Made by a program: the position numbers and the translations under genes
The notes under the pieces: model-generated
Told to the model about the DNA's origin: nothing
The model's input: the letters and a program-made list of their open reading frames with translations, nothing else
Database searches by the model: none
Part shown: piece by piece, positions 35,440-50,554 of the stretch
How positions within the stretch are numbered: the first letter of the stretch is position 1
How the letters are laid out: every line of letters begins with the position of its first letter
Assembly (NCBI GenBank): GCA_002372615.1
Contig: DFHG01000008.1
Location: 36,590 to 100,589 of the forward strand
Origin: Mycoplasmataceae bacterium UBA3729
Lineage (GTDB): Bacteria; Bacillota_I; Bacilli_A; Mycoplasmatales; Mycoplasmoidaceae
Direction of reading: 5' to 3'
Length of the DNA: 64,000 nt

Positions 35440-36123
35440 ATGAAAATAAAATTTGAAGCAAAAACAAGACCATGAAAAATTGCAATATGTGTAATTTTAA
35501 TTTTTATCATATTTTTAATACTTTGGATTTTATTTTGTGAAATTGACATTTACAACCTTGATTGAATAGTTCCTCATAATGGAATTTTATGAAAAGGAAA
35601 GATTACAGCAATAAATTATGATTGATTAATAACAAAATATCCAAACGCTATTGACCAATTAGAAATAAATAAATCAATTGAAATTTACAATAAAGGATCA
35701 TTAATATTTAATTGAAATTTATTATGGATATTCATTTTACCTATTGTTTTTTCAATATTATTAACATTAAGTTTACGAATATTAAAACTAGCAAATATTG
35801 ATATGTTACCATTTATTTTTAGTATTAGCATTTGTTTATTTGTTTTATTTGTCATATCCAATTTTATCCCATATTGAGAAAATAATCAATTGTGACGATG
35901 AATGGTAAGAATATTAATAAGTGTTTCATCATTTTTTATATTATTCTTTCCCACTAATTTTATTGTTGGTAAAATTATGTTCAAATCTAAAAATCACCAA
36001 AATTATTTGAATAATTTAAAAGCAGAAAAAAATGCAATAAAATTAATCAATGAAGATTCAAATAATGCATTCGATCAATATAAAAAATCAAAAGATAAAG
36101 AAATTACTTATATAGATACTTAA
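35440..36123 (+). CDS. Multi-pass membrane protein, unknown function
   Basis: 227 aa with several hydrophobic helices. Frame shared by ATG 35440 and track ORF 35902..36123. Confidence 0.55.
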
Positions 36124-38963
36124 TTATTTTTAAAGATCTCATATAAATATTTTGCTGTATATGAGACATCTTTATATTTAATAATTTGCTCAGGTGAACC
36201 TGTGGCAATAACTTTACCACCATTATTCCCCCCGTCTGGTCCTAAATCAATTATGTAATCAGCACATTTTATAAAATCTAAATTATGTTCAATGACAATT
36301 AATGTTGAACCATTATCAACAATTCGATTTAAAACATTTAATAATTTAGCAATATCATCTACATGTAAACCAGTAGTTGGTTCGTCAAGAACAAGAATTG
36401 TATCTTTTGTACTATTTTTTTGTAAGAATTTTGCTAATTTAATTCTTTGTGCTTCTCCGCCAGATAAATTTGTAGAACTTGTACCTAGATTTAAATAACC
36501 TAATCCTACATCCTGTAATAAAGTTATTTTATGATGAATGGAAGGAATATTTTTAAAGAAATCCACTGCTTCATTTACTGACATTTGCAATACATCATAA
36601 ATGGATTTTCCTTTATATTTGACACTTAGTGTCTCATCATTATATTTTTTTCCATTACATTCATCACATTTAACATATACAGCTGGAAGAAATTGCATGT
36701 CAATCCTAATTACTCCATCTCCTTGACATTTTTCGCATCTTCCACCAGGAACATTGAAGGAGAATCTTCCTTTTTTATATCCTTTGGCACGTGCATCTTG
36801 TGTTGAAGCAAATAATTCTCTAATTTCATCAAAAACACCAATATAAGTGGCTGGATTACTTCTTGGAGTTTTTCCTATTGGATCTTGGTTAACAATAATT
36901 AATTTATCAACATTTGATATTCCAGAAATACTTTTTATTTTTCCGGTTTCAACAAATGGATTAAATAAATGCTTTTGTAAATTAGCTAATAGTGTATCTA
37001 ATACTAAAGTTGATTTTCCACTACCACTTACACCAGTTACACAAATGAATTTACCTAGTGGAAAAGTCACATCAATATTTTTTAAATTATTAGCACTCGC
37101 CCCCTTTATAGTAATGGTTTTACCATTACCACTTCTTCGTGCTTTAGGAATAGGGATAAATTTTTTATGTGAAAGATATTGACCTGTAATAGAATTTTTA
37201 CAATTAATGATATCTTGAATTGATCCACATCCAACTAATTTACCACCATTTTCACCAGCTTCTGGACCAATATCAATTAAATAATCAGCAGCACGCATTG
37301 TTTCTTCATCATGTTCCACAACAATAATTGTATTTCCTAAATCCCGCATCTTTTTTAATGCATCGATTAATCTACTATTATCTTTTTGATGTAAACCAAT
37401 TGATGGCTCATCTAAAACATAAATTATTCCAGTTAATACAGAACCAATTTGTGTAGCTAATCTAATTCTTTGTGATTCTCCACCAGAAAGTGTAGATGCT
37501 GAACGTGATAATGTTATGTAATCTAACCCAACATTTTTTAAAAATAATAAACGGTTAATTATTTCACTAATAATTAAATTAGCTATTGATTTTTGATATT
37601 CTGTTAATTTTAAATCTAAAAAATAATCAAGTAATGTATTGATTGGCATGTCTGTTAATTCAATGATATTCTTATTATTTATTTTGATTGATAAAGCTTC
37701 TTTGGATAATCTTTTACCATTGCATGCTTTACATTTCTTTTCTACCATGAATTTACCATAAAATGACCTTAATAATTCACTCTTTGTATCAAAATATAAA
37801 CGTTTTACATGATTAAGTATACCTTCATAATAATTACTACCTTGTCTTTTGATTCCACTATCTGATGTAATATTAAATTTAATTGGTTCATCTGAACCAT
37901 AAAAAATATAGTTTAATTGTTTTCTTGATAATTCTTTAATTGGTTTATCTAATGGAATTTTGTAATGTTTCAACATTGATTCAAATTGCTGTCATTCAAT
38001 ATTTTTAGTACCGACCGTATTTTTATAATATTCAATTCCGCCTTCAGTAATAGATAATTCTGGGTTTGGTACCATTTTATTTTCATCAGGTTCAAATGTT
38101 ACACCTAATCCTTTACATACTGGGCAAGCTCCAATTGGTGAATTAAATGAAAATAATCTTGGTTCCATTTCAGGTATAGAAAAACCACAAATATCACATG
38201 AATGAGTTTCAGAAAATATATGTTCTTGATCATTAATAACAACAATGATTTTTTTATTACCATATTTTAATCCAGTTTCAATAGAATCATTAATCCGTGA
38301 TTTTGTTTCATTATCATGGTGTCCAATAATACGGTCGATAACAATATCTATATTATGAAATTTATTCTTTTCTAGATTAATTTCTTCATCCAAAGAATAA
38401 ATTTTATCATCAATTCTTACACGCAAGAAACCATTCTTTCTTAATTTATCTAATTCTTTAGCAAATGTTCCTTTTTGTTTTCTTACATAAACTGATAAAA
38501 TTTGAATTCTATCATTCTCTTTAAATAAAGTATCAACTTGATTAGAAATTTGTTGGATTGTTAATGTTTTAATCTTACCATGTCCATTAGGACAAAATGG
38601 TTCTCCAATTCGTGCAAATAAAATTCGTAAGAAATCATAAATTTCAGTTACTGTACCAACAGTTGAACGAGGATTTTTGGAAGTTGATTTTTGACTAATA
38701 GCAATTGTTGGAGACATTCCCTCTATTGCATCAACATTTGGTTTTTTATTACCACCTAAAAATTGACGTGAATATGTTGATAAAGATTCAAGATAACGTC
38801 TTTGCCCCTCAGCAAAAATAGTATCGAATGCTAAAGAAGATTTTCCACTACCACTAACTCCTGTAATAACAACTAATTTATTTTTAGGAATAGAAACATT
38901 AATATTTTTAAGATTATTTTCTTTAGCACCAATAACTTTAATTATTTTTGTTGAATCTGACAT
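36120..38963 (-). CDS. uvrA: Excinuclease ABC subunit A
   Basis: Two ABC cassettes (GVSGSGKSS twice, LSGGE.QR twice) and zinc modules. The fragments 37992..38963 and 36120..37976 join (2844 nt). Confidence 0.95.
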
Positions 38964-38984
38964 ATCAAATCTAATTAAAATGAA

Positions 38985-39863
38985 TTATATTTTTTTATTA
39001 ATTATGTTTTCAATAACTTTATTTAGATTAGCGATATTAAAATTTTTTGTGCTTTCAGGATTAAGCATAAATATGTCATTAATTTTAACCATGCATTCAG
39101 TACTACACAAATGATTTATGTTGAAAAAATTTCAACATTGTCGATCAAATGAAGTAAGAGCAAGATAATAGAAATTATTAATTAATAAAAAGTTATTATT
39201 TTGAAACAGTTTCTGAATTGTATTTAATTTATTTACATTTTCATTAGTAATAGAGAAATATTTTTCAGTAACTTGTGATAAATTAAATTTCCATGATTCT
39301 GCAAGCTTTTTAAAGATATTAAATTTTTGAACAATTTGATCATTGCTATCATCATAAAAAGTAAATGATAGTACATCTGTTTCTTTTAATATGTTATTTA
39401 AACTATAAAAATTATCAACTCGCTTACAAGTAATTTGGTGTTCTTTTAAAAAACTATTAAATTTATAAGTAGAATTACAATAGCAATAATTTGTAGTTTT
39501 AGTAGAAAAAACTATACATAATGAAAGCATTATCCCTGTGTGAAAAAGCATTAATTTTTTGTTAGTGTCATCGATAGGAAAAAATGTTCTTGTTTTTGAA
39601 GAAGCATCATAAATTTCTGCACCATAATCACAAATATAATAACAATTTTTAACACAATTTTTTTGTAATAAATTATTGGTTAATAATGAAATATAACTTG
39701 CATTAGTAAGGATTATTGCATAATCAGTTTGATTTTTTTTTAATGCAAAATTAACAATTTCTATAGTACTAGAAAAGTTTGAACCAGCAATATCAAGAAT
39801 AATAAAATTATTGATATTTTTAGAAATTTTAGCATCAATATGTTTTTTGTTATTCTTGATCAT
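38985..39863 (-). CDS. HAD-superfamily (Cof-like) hydrolase homolog with a non-canonical DxD motif
   Basis: 292 aa. FIILDIAGSN occupies the position of the DxDGT motif. The overall Cof-like length and position are only weak evidence. Confidence 0.4.
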
Positions 39864-39870
39864 TACAATA

Positions 39871-41601
39871 CTATTTTTTATCTTTAATATCTTTACAAAT
39901 TTTATTTAGAAATTGTTTAAAGCTAACATTAACTTCATTTGTTTTACCATAACAACGGTATGTTACAGTGTTAGAATTTAATTCATTATCTCCTAATACT
40001 AAGACATAAGGAATTTTGTTAAGTTGTGCATTTCTAATTTTTTTAGATAATCTTTCATCACTATTATCAATTTTTGCTCTAATGTTATATTTTAATAATT
40101 CAAGTTGCATTTTTTTAGTTTTTTCAAAATGTGTTATATCATTAATTGGAATTAATAATACTTGGATTGGTGATAATCATAATGGTAAAGCACCATTTGT
40201 TTGTTCAAGTAAGATTGATAAATATCTTTCAAATGTGCCAATTATTCCAGCATGAATAAATACAGGTCTACTTTTTTTACCATTTTTATCAATGTATTCA
40301 AGATTAAATCTTTCTGGTAAAAGAAAATCTAATTGAATAGTTGATATAGTGATAATATGATTTAAGACAGTTTTCATTTGGATATCAATTTTAGGTCCAT
40401 AAAACGCAGCTTCACCAACAACTTTTTTATAAGGAACATTAAGTTTTTTAAGTGCTTTTTCTAACTGTTTTTCAGCATTTTGTCACATTTTTTCATTGTC
40501 AAAGAATTTTTCTTTATCTTTTGGATCATGTAAAGAAAGATCAATAGAATAAATTTTTGTTCCTAATGTTTTATGTGCTTCAAGTATGATTTGATATAAA
40601 CGTGAAATTTCACTTTCAATTTGACTATGCATTAAAATGGTATGAGTATCAACCAATTGCATTTGTCTTACACGTTCCAATCCAGTTAATGCACCTGATG
40701 CTTCATATCGATGTTGAATACCAAATTCAGCAATACGATAAGGTAATTCTTTGTAGGAATGAGGCTGTTGTTTATAACAAGTAATATGATGCGGACAACT
40801 CATTGGTTTCAAAACAAATTGTTCATTTTCAACTTTAATTACTGGAAACATATTTTCTCTATAATGATTTCAGTGCCCTGAAATTTTATATAGATCAACA
40901 GAACCTAAAATTGGTGTTTGAACAAATTTATATTCATTTTTGAATAATAATTCACGACAATAATTTTCAATTTCAAATTTAATATTTGTTCCATTTTCTA
41001 GTCAAATCGGTAAACCTTGTCCAATAAGTTTGTCAAAGCAAAATAATTCAAGTTTTGCACCTATTTTACGGTGATCTCTTTGTGATTTTTCATTTAAAAA
41101 TAATTCATATTCTTTATATGCTTTATTATTTTCTTTTGCTCATCCATCAATTGCAATTAATTGTTCATTTTTTGCATTATTGTCAAAATATACACCTGAG
41201 ATGTTTGTTAATTTAATAAAATTTGGATTTGGGAGTTTTTTATCATTAGTCGAATCAATAATATCAATAAATTTATCTCCAATTTTAATCAAATTAAATT
41301 GTTTTAATTTAGATTGATTAATTTGATAAAGTTTAAATTTATTGTTTTTAAAAATAGATTTAACATCATTTAATGATTTTTTGGTGTATGAGACATTAAG
41401 CGATTTACAATACAATGCATTTAATTTGTTTTTAATAGTGCTAAAATCATTAGAAGATAATTTATTTTGTTTAGGTAATCAAAATGAATATCTAAACCCA
41501 TCATCAGTTAAAGTTAATCGGTCAATTTTTGCATTTGGAAATAAATCAACAATTCCACATGCAAGAAATTCTCCGGCTAATATATTTAATTTTTCATTCA
41601 T
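39871..41601 (-). CDS. thrS: Threonine--tRNA ligase
   Basis: Class II motifs ([19 protein letters not shown]), an anticodon-binding C-terminus, and an AGAAAGGA ribosome-binding site. Four track fragments share one frame (1731 nt). Confidence 0.92.
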
Positions 41602-41623
41602 ATTTTTTAGTCCTTTCTAAAAA

Positions 41624-41953
41624 TTATTTTGTTTGAGTATTTTCTATACTAGATACGTCAACAATTTTGTTAACTAAAATACGCATTTTTACTTCATTAG
41701 AAGGTTTCGTTATCTTCGTGTGAAGTTCACCTTCAATAATAATCTTAGAATTAGGATTAGTTTTCATAATTTCAGCCAATTTATTTGAAAGTGGGGAAAG
41801 AGCATAAATTGAAAAATAATCAATCCAAGTGAAATTAATCATTTTTCTTTCTTGTTTGATTTGAGCAAAAAATACGTGATCATTACTTTTACCAAATGAA
41901 CCATTAACTAATTCACCTTGAATTATTACTTTATTTAATAGTTTATTGCCCAT
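41624..41953 (-). CDS. SSB-like OB-fold protein (second, short paralog)
   Basis: MGNKLLNKVIIQGELV...IIIEGELHTK...RILVNKIV pattern of an SSB OB fold, without an acidic tail. The start could instead be 41974. Confidence 0.45.
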   Translation of the reverse strand: MGNKLLNKVIIQGELVNGSFGKSNDHVFFAQIKQERKMINFTWIDYFSIYALSPLSNKLAEIMKTNPNSKIIIEGELHTKITKPSNEVKMRILVNKIVDVSSIENTQTK

Positions 41954-41996
41954 ATATACAGCCCATATATACATATGTAATTATATAATTGTATTT

Positions 41997-43031
41997 ATGT
42001 CTAAAACTTTTACACCAATATCAAATAAAAATATAAAATATAGAAAAGTAATTTCTTTTAGTCATTTTTATATTCGAAAACATAATTTCAAATCTGTTAA
42101 TTTTATTTTTGCTATATTAGGAATATTTATTGGCTTAGTAGGTGGGTTACTTTCAATTTGCCAAAATTTAGATGAAAAATGAGCAAATACACAACAACTA
42201 TTTGACCCTATTTGAGCACGAATTATTTTTAATTTTTTTCTATACTTCACAAATTTAACTAATATCTTATTAATTGTTTATTACATCCTTTTTTTAACTG
42301 CATATCGAACAAGAATATTTAATTCAAATTCATTCACTATTGCTATCAATATTTACATAAATTTAGTGATGATTGTTTATTGAGTATTTATGTTCCCTTA
42401 CTGATTAATGGGAAAAATGCAAGAATTTACTATTTATCAAATAATTTATACTTTAATTTATCACTTGGTAACTCCTATATTTCATAATATTCACACTTAT
42501 GCAAATTCTAACTACCCTTATGATAAAAATGAGATTAATAAAAATTTGTTTAACTGTATTTACGGAAAAATTATTTGATTTGTTTTGTGGATATATGTAG
42601 TGGTTTATGGAGCAATTTTAATAAGTGTTAATTTTACTCCATTACCAAACTGGATTTTTAGAGGAGAAATTGAAGCTGCAATTGTAAATAAAAGTGGTGA
42701 TTTTAATCATTTTTATTATTCAATTTATGGTGCATTTAGTAATATTAATAATAAATGTTATAATTGAGACTTCCATGATTTAGAACAAATAAAAATAACA
42801 AATGATACAGGCAGTTTTACTCAATTAACTATGATATTCCCTATTGCTATCGCTTTTATACTAATTGAAAAAGTTTGCATTGCATTAAATAATTGATTAA
42901 ACTTACCTAAGACATTGGTTAAAGAACTTAAAAAAATAAATGATGAACATTTAAAATCACAAAGAAATCTTATTGAAAAATATTGAAAAAAATTCATTAG
43001 TGATCATGAAAGAATATTTGAAAAAAGATAA
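41997..43031 (+). CDS. Multi-pass membrane protein, unknown function
   Basis: 344 aa. Frame shared by track ORFs 41946..42182 and 42585..42767. Many hydrophobic helices. Confidence 0.55.
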
Positions 43032-43713
43032 TGGGAAAAATATTTTTTCAATTAATAAATCAACATTAGAAAATATAGGTATTTTTGCAATTAATAAACC
43101 TCTAAATTGAACATCAAATGATATTGTTCAATATTTAAAAAAATATTATAAGTTTAAAAAAGTTGGACATGGTGGAACATTAGATCCTTTTGCTACAGGT
43201 GTATTAATAATTGCTATTAATGAAAATACAAAAAAATTAAATGAAATAATCAATCATGACAAGAAGTATTACACCAAAATTAAATTAGGAATACTTACAA
43301 AATCATTAGACATGGAGTCTGAAATTATTAAACAAAAACCTTTTAACAAATCTCTTACTCAAAATGATGTAATTAATGCCATAGAGCAATTTAAAAAAGA
43401 ATATTGACAAACTCCCCCAATCTTTAGTGCTAAAAAAATCAATGGTGTTAGATCTTATAAACTTGCGCGTGCTAATTCAAAAATTAAATTAAACCCAGTT
43501 AAAGTCGAAATAAAAGAATATGAATTAGTAAATTTAGATAGTGAAAATGGAATTATTGAATTAATACTTAATGTTTCAAAAGGTTTTTACATTAGAAGTT
43601 TTAGTAATGATTTAGCTATGATGTTAAATACTGTTGGATCAGTACAAGAATTATGTAGATTAAAACAATCTAAATGAGACCTTAATAGTGCATTTGCTTA
43701 TATCAAAAAATAA
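43006..43713 (+). CDS. truB: tRNA pseudouridine(55) synthase TruB
   Basis: GIFAINKPLNWTSNDIV and KVGHGGTLDPFATGVL (catalytic Asp). ATG 43006 overlaps the upstream gene by 26 nt. Confidence 0.85.
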
Positions 43714-43727
43714 TATAATTCTTTATT

Positions 43728-46110
<2,383 letters not shown>

Positions 46111-46113
46111 AAT

Positions 46114-47607
46114 ATGATTAATAATTTAAGTGAAAATTACATAAAAAAAACAAAAATCATTGCAACAGTAGGTCCATCATTAATCAATGGTATTAATGAT
46201 GTTAAACAATTAAAATTAAAATCATTTTCAAATCAAGTTAACATTGCTTCTAATAATATTGAACAAGCAATAAAATCTGGTGTTAATTGTTTTAGATTAA
46301 ATTTTAGCCATGGTAATCAAAATGAACATTTAGCAAAAATTGAAATTATTAGATCAGTAGCTCATAAAATGGATGTTAATGTTGCAATCATGCTTGATAC
46401 TAAAGGTCCAGAAATTAGAATATCAAAGTTAAAAAAAGATAGTTACATTGTTAAAGAAAATCAAATAGTATGCATAAGTACTAAAAAAAATATTATTGGT
46501 GATAACAATTCATTCAGTGTAAGTGATGCCACTAAAACTTATAACATGGCAAATGATGTAAAACCTAATTCAATTATTTTAATTAGTGATGGAAAATTAA
46601 CTTTAAAGGTAATTGATGTTGATGCAAATAAAGGAATAATAAAAACTATTGCATTAAATACTTATAGTATTAGTCAAGGCAAACGAATTAATTTACCCGA
46701 TACACAATATTCACTCCCATTTATGTCAGAAGTTGATTACAATGATATTTTATTTGCTTGCAAACACAATGTTGATTATATTGCTGCAAGTTTTTGTAAT
46801 AGTGCAAAAGATGTAAAACAAATTAGAAATATCTTAATTAAAAACAATCGACCTAGTATCCAAATTATTGCTAAAATTGAATCTTCACATGCGATTAAAA
46901 ATCTAAATGAGATTATTAAGGCAAGTGACGGGATTATGGTTGCTAGAGGTGATTTAGGATTAGAAATTCCTTATTATGATGTTCCATATTGGGAAAAACA
47001 AATGATTAGAAGATGTCGTTTTAATGGAAAACCTGTTATTGTAGCTACACAAATGTTAGATTCATTAGAATCAAACATCTTACCTACACGCGCAGAAGTT
47101 ACTGATGTATTTTTTGCAGTTGATCGGGGAGCTGATGCTACAATGCTTTCTGGAGAAACTGCTAATGGTAAATATCCATTATCAGCAATTAATATAATGT
47201 CAAACATTGATATCAAATCTGAACATTTATTTGATTATGAACGATCAATAAATTTTTATTTTAAAAAAACAAATTTTAAACAAAAAATTAAAACTGAAAT
47301 TAAAAAATTAGCTAATAAAATTAAACCAACTAATGAATTAGTTGAACAAAAATTTCCATACTCATTTATTGCATTATTTTCAAATGATATGGAAAAAATT
47401 AAAGCATTATCTAACATACGACCAGGTGCACCTATATTTTTATTTACTTCTACAAAGGAATTAATAAGATACTTTAGTATCTATTATGGTGTCCAAACAT
47501 TTTTTGTTAAAAATATAAACATTTCTAAAACTGAAAAAGTTCAATTGATTAATAAAATCATTAACAAAATAAAAATTAAAGTTAATAAATATATTACTTT
47601 GAATTAA
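46114..47607 (+). CDS. pyk: Pyruvate kinase
   Basis: TKIIATVGP, NFSHG, MVARGDLGLEIP and ATQMLDS motifs. 497 aa. Confidence 0.93.
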   Translation: MINNLSENYIKKTKIIATVGPSLINGINDVKQLKLKSFSNQVNIASNNIEQAIKSGVNCFRLNFSHGNQNEHLAKIEIIRSVAHKMDVNVAIMLDTKGPEIRISKLKKDSYIVKENQIVCISTKKNIIGDNNSFSVSDATKTYNMANDVKPNSIILISDGKLTLKVIDVDANKGIIKTIALNTYSISQGKRINLPDTQYSLPFMSEVDYNDILFACKHNVDYIAASFCNSAKDVKQIRNILIKNNRPSIQIIAKIESSHAIKNLNEIIKASDGIMVARGDLGLEIPYYDVPYWEKQMIRRCRFNGKPVIVATQMLDSLESNILPTRAEVTDVFFAVDRGADATMLSGETANGKYPLSAINIMSNIDIKSEHLFDYERSINFYFKKTNFKQKIKTEIKKLANKIKPTNELVEQKFPYSFIALFSNDMEKIKALSNIRPGAPIFLFTSTKELIRYFSIYYGVQTFFVKNINISKTEKVQLINKIINKIKIKVNKYITLN

Positions 47608-48113
47608 TATACAAAGTAAGCTTTAAAGTCTTGCCAATTAATTAAGTACAATTTATTATGTTTTTTCTTTAGTGCAATAAAATCTGAGTTATGTTGTAAA
47701 AAGCATTTGACTTCTTACTAATGTCATTAGTAAGTGTTTCATATCTACTGTTTAAAAGTTCTTTTTTAATAGTTTTTCTAGATCTGTTTAATTCAAAAAA
47801 GCTGAATAGTTAATATATATTAATCATTTTAATTCAATTACATCCCAACCATGAATAGTTTAACTATCAATAAATTTTAAAATTAAATTATTGACAATTA
47901 ATTTATCAGGTTTTCTTCTTTTCCATAATGAAAAATGTTTATAATAATTATTCATTTGGTTTCATATAAATTGATCTTTTTTTATTGTTTTACTTAAAAA
48001 ACTCAGTGATTTTTTTATTTAAGTAGGTACTTTAAGATATAATTGTGACCTACTTATAAGTTAATAAAAATCATAAATATTTATTATTTTCTTATTTGTA
48101 TAATTAATACATT

Positions 48114-48980
48114 ATGTTTGGAAGAAGAATGAAAAATCAAGTTTATATTCAAGGAAGTGACAAACTTAATACACAACAATCTTCTATTTTGGTGAAATCA
48201 TTTTTACATGCTGGGATTGGTTTTTTTACAATTGCAGCATTTTCACTTGTTTTAGGTGTTTTATGAGTATGAATATTTAAAAAATATTGTGGTTTAACAG
48301 AAGAGTGATGAGAAAATGAGGAAATAGTAAATAAATTATTTACTATGATTGTTGCAATTCTTTGTACAGCAATAGGACTAATGATTTTTTCATTAATACT
48401 TTACTATATTTGAAGATTCCGTATTTATGATCGTAGTTTAGGTTTTAACATTACAGTATGAACTTTTTATATTGTTTCTCAATCTGTAGGGTTTTCTATA
48501 GTTGTTAGCTTGTTTTCAGCACAATTTATGGTATATGTGTTTGGTATTGGTGCAATAATATGTTTTATTGTTTCTTTAATTGGATGATATACTTCAAAAA
48601 AAGCTGCAATGACATTAACAAAAATTTCTATTTTCACTTTGATAATATCATTTTTGGCAGCAATAGTATTATTCTGCACTACAATCATTATGGTTATAAA
48701 AAACAAAACTTGAACAGCACAAACAATTATAAACATTTTATATTTTGGTATTGGTGCAGTTTTCACATTACTTACAATGATCGCTATCATAGTCCAAATT
48801 AGTAATTTTAAAAGAAGTAATGAGTTTTCAAACATATCTCAATTATCTCGAAGTCATCCTAATATGACAAGACAAATGATTTCTTTATTTAGTATGGAAT
48901 TATTAATCAAATACATTATGCTTGTTTGATTATTATTAAGATTTGCTATTGCATTAAGAAGTCTTAGGTTTAAAAAATAA
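48114..48980 (+). CDS. Multi-pass membrane protein (possibly Bax-inhibitor-1/YccA-like)
   Basis: 288 aa with 6-7 hydrophobic helices. The family guess rests on topology only. Confidence 0.5.
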
Positions 48981-49020
48981 CATTTTAATAGTAATTAGTA
49001 TTTAACTCAATACATGAAAT

Positions 49021-49743
49021 ATGAAATACCTATATGGTAAAAATGCATTAGAATATCAAATAATAATAAATAAGGATGAAATTAAACAAGTTCATCTATA
49101 TAAAACTAATAAATTTGAAATTAAAAATTTAAAGAATAAAGGAATTAAAATAAAAATACATCACGATTTTACTTTTTTTAATAATTTTAATAAAAATTTA
49201 AATCATCAATTTATTATTACTGAATTATTTTCCACAAACAAAGATGATTTAAATATTGATGACTATTTAAAAATTAACAATAATAAAAAGAACCATAGAA
49301 TTGTTATTCTTGATTCTATTGAAGATCCACAAAATTTTGGTGCAATTTTACGAACATGTGAAGCTTTTGGAATAAATTGTGTTATCTATAAATCAGATAA
49401 TCAAGTACAAATTAATGATTTTGTAATTAAAACAAGTATGGGTGCAATTAACAATATTAACTTAATTAAAGTTAATAATATATCACAAACTATAAAAAAG
49501 CTAAAAGAAAATAACTTCTTTATTTATGCCTCAGTTTTATCAGATAAAGCAATTTCAATTAATAAAATTAATTTTCCTAATAAAATAGCTGTAATTGTTG
49601 GTAATGAACATAAAGGTATATCAAGAATTTTAATTGATAAATCTGATCAATTAATTAAAATAGATATGTTTGGTCAAATACAGTCATTAAATGTATCAGT
49701 TGCTTGTGGTATATTAGCATATGAAATCACTAAAAAAAATTAA
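49021..49743 (+). CDS. SpoU/TrmH-family RNA 2'-O-methyltransferase (RlmB-like)
   Basis: LDSIEDPQNFGAILRTCEAFGI, VGNEHKGIS and SLNVSVACGILAYE motifs. Confidence 0.85.
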   Translation: MKYLYGKNALEYQIIINKDEIKQVHLYKTNKFEIKNLKNKGIKIKIHHDFTFFNNFNKNLNHQFIITELFSTNKDDLNIDDYLKINNNKKNHRIVILDSIEDPQNFGAILRTCEAFGINCVIYKSDNQVQINDFVIKTSMGAINNINLIKVNNISQTIKKLKENNFFIYASVLSDKAISINKINFPNKIAVIVGNEHKGISRILIDKSDQLIKIDMFGQIQSLNVSVACGILAYEITKKN

Positions 49744-50554
49744 AAGGTTACCATTAATAATCGGTTCTTTTGATTCTTTACATCTAGGGCACAAAAAATT
49801 ATTTAATAAAGCCGGCAATAAATTTAATATTTTATTAATTTGAACTGGATTAACAAAAGGAAAATATTTAAATAATTTAATGGAACGAATTAAAAATTTA
49901 GATTCTACTAACTATGAAAATTTATTTGTTTTTGACATTACAAAAAATAATTTTTGTGCAAAAAAATTTATTGAAAAATATTTAATAATGATAAATCCAT
50001 CAAAAATTATTGTTGGTAGTGATTTCAAATTTGGTAAAAGATTAGATGGTAATATTAATTTATTAAAGCAATATTTTAAAGTAGTAACAATTAAATATAA
50101 TCCGCAATATCAGACTAATAAAATTAAACAACTTTATGAATTAGGTAAGATAAATAAAGCTAATATTTTACTTAATCATGATATCACTTTTAAAGGTAAA
50201 TCGATTCAAGGCAAACAAGAAGGAAGAAAATTAGGTTTTCCTACTATAAACATTCTTCTTGATAGAAAAAATAAAATTATTTTACTTAATGGAATATATG
50301 CTGGTGAATGCATAATTAATAATAAATCTTATAAATCTGCTATTTGTATTTATAAAAATAATAACGATAAACAATTAATCGAAATTCATTGTTTGAATAC
50401 AAAAATTAAAAATAATTTCTATGGAAAAAATATAATTTTTAAATTAAGTAAATTTATTAATAAATTTACTTATGTTAATAATACAAAACAATTAAAAAAT
50501 ATTATTCAATACAATATTGAATTAGTTAATAAATACTTTGATGCTAAATTTTAG
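49721..50554 (+). CDS. ribF: Bifunctional riboflavin kinase / FMN adenylyltransferase
   Basis: IGSFDSLHLGH and a C-terminal kinase segment (GRKLGFPTINI). ATG 49721 overlaps the upstream gene by 23 nt. 834 nt. Confidence 0.8.

Noticed and set aside
36227-36232. C6 (coding-strand G6) tract inside uvrA, a possible second phase-variable site.
   Set aside because: The tract encodes the conserved Gly-Gly of the UvrA C-terminal GPDGG(N)NGG segment and is in frame. A run of six is most simply explained by GGG Gly codons, and I have no evidence of switching.
47714-47734. 9-bp perfect palindrome CTTACTAAT-GTC-ATTAGTAAG downstream of pyk.
   Set aside because: I considered it as the pyk terminator, but it is about 107 nt past the stop, has a 3-nt loop and no following T-run. 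It sits inside the putative IS debris.
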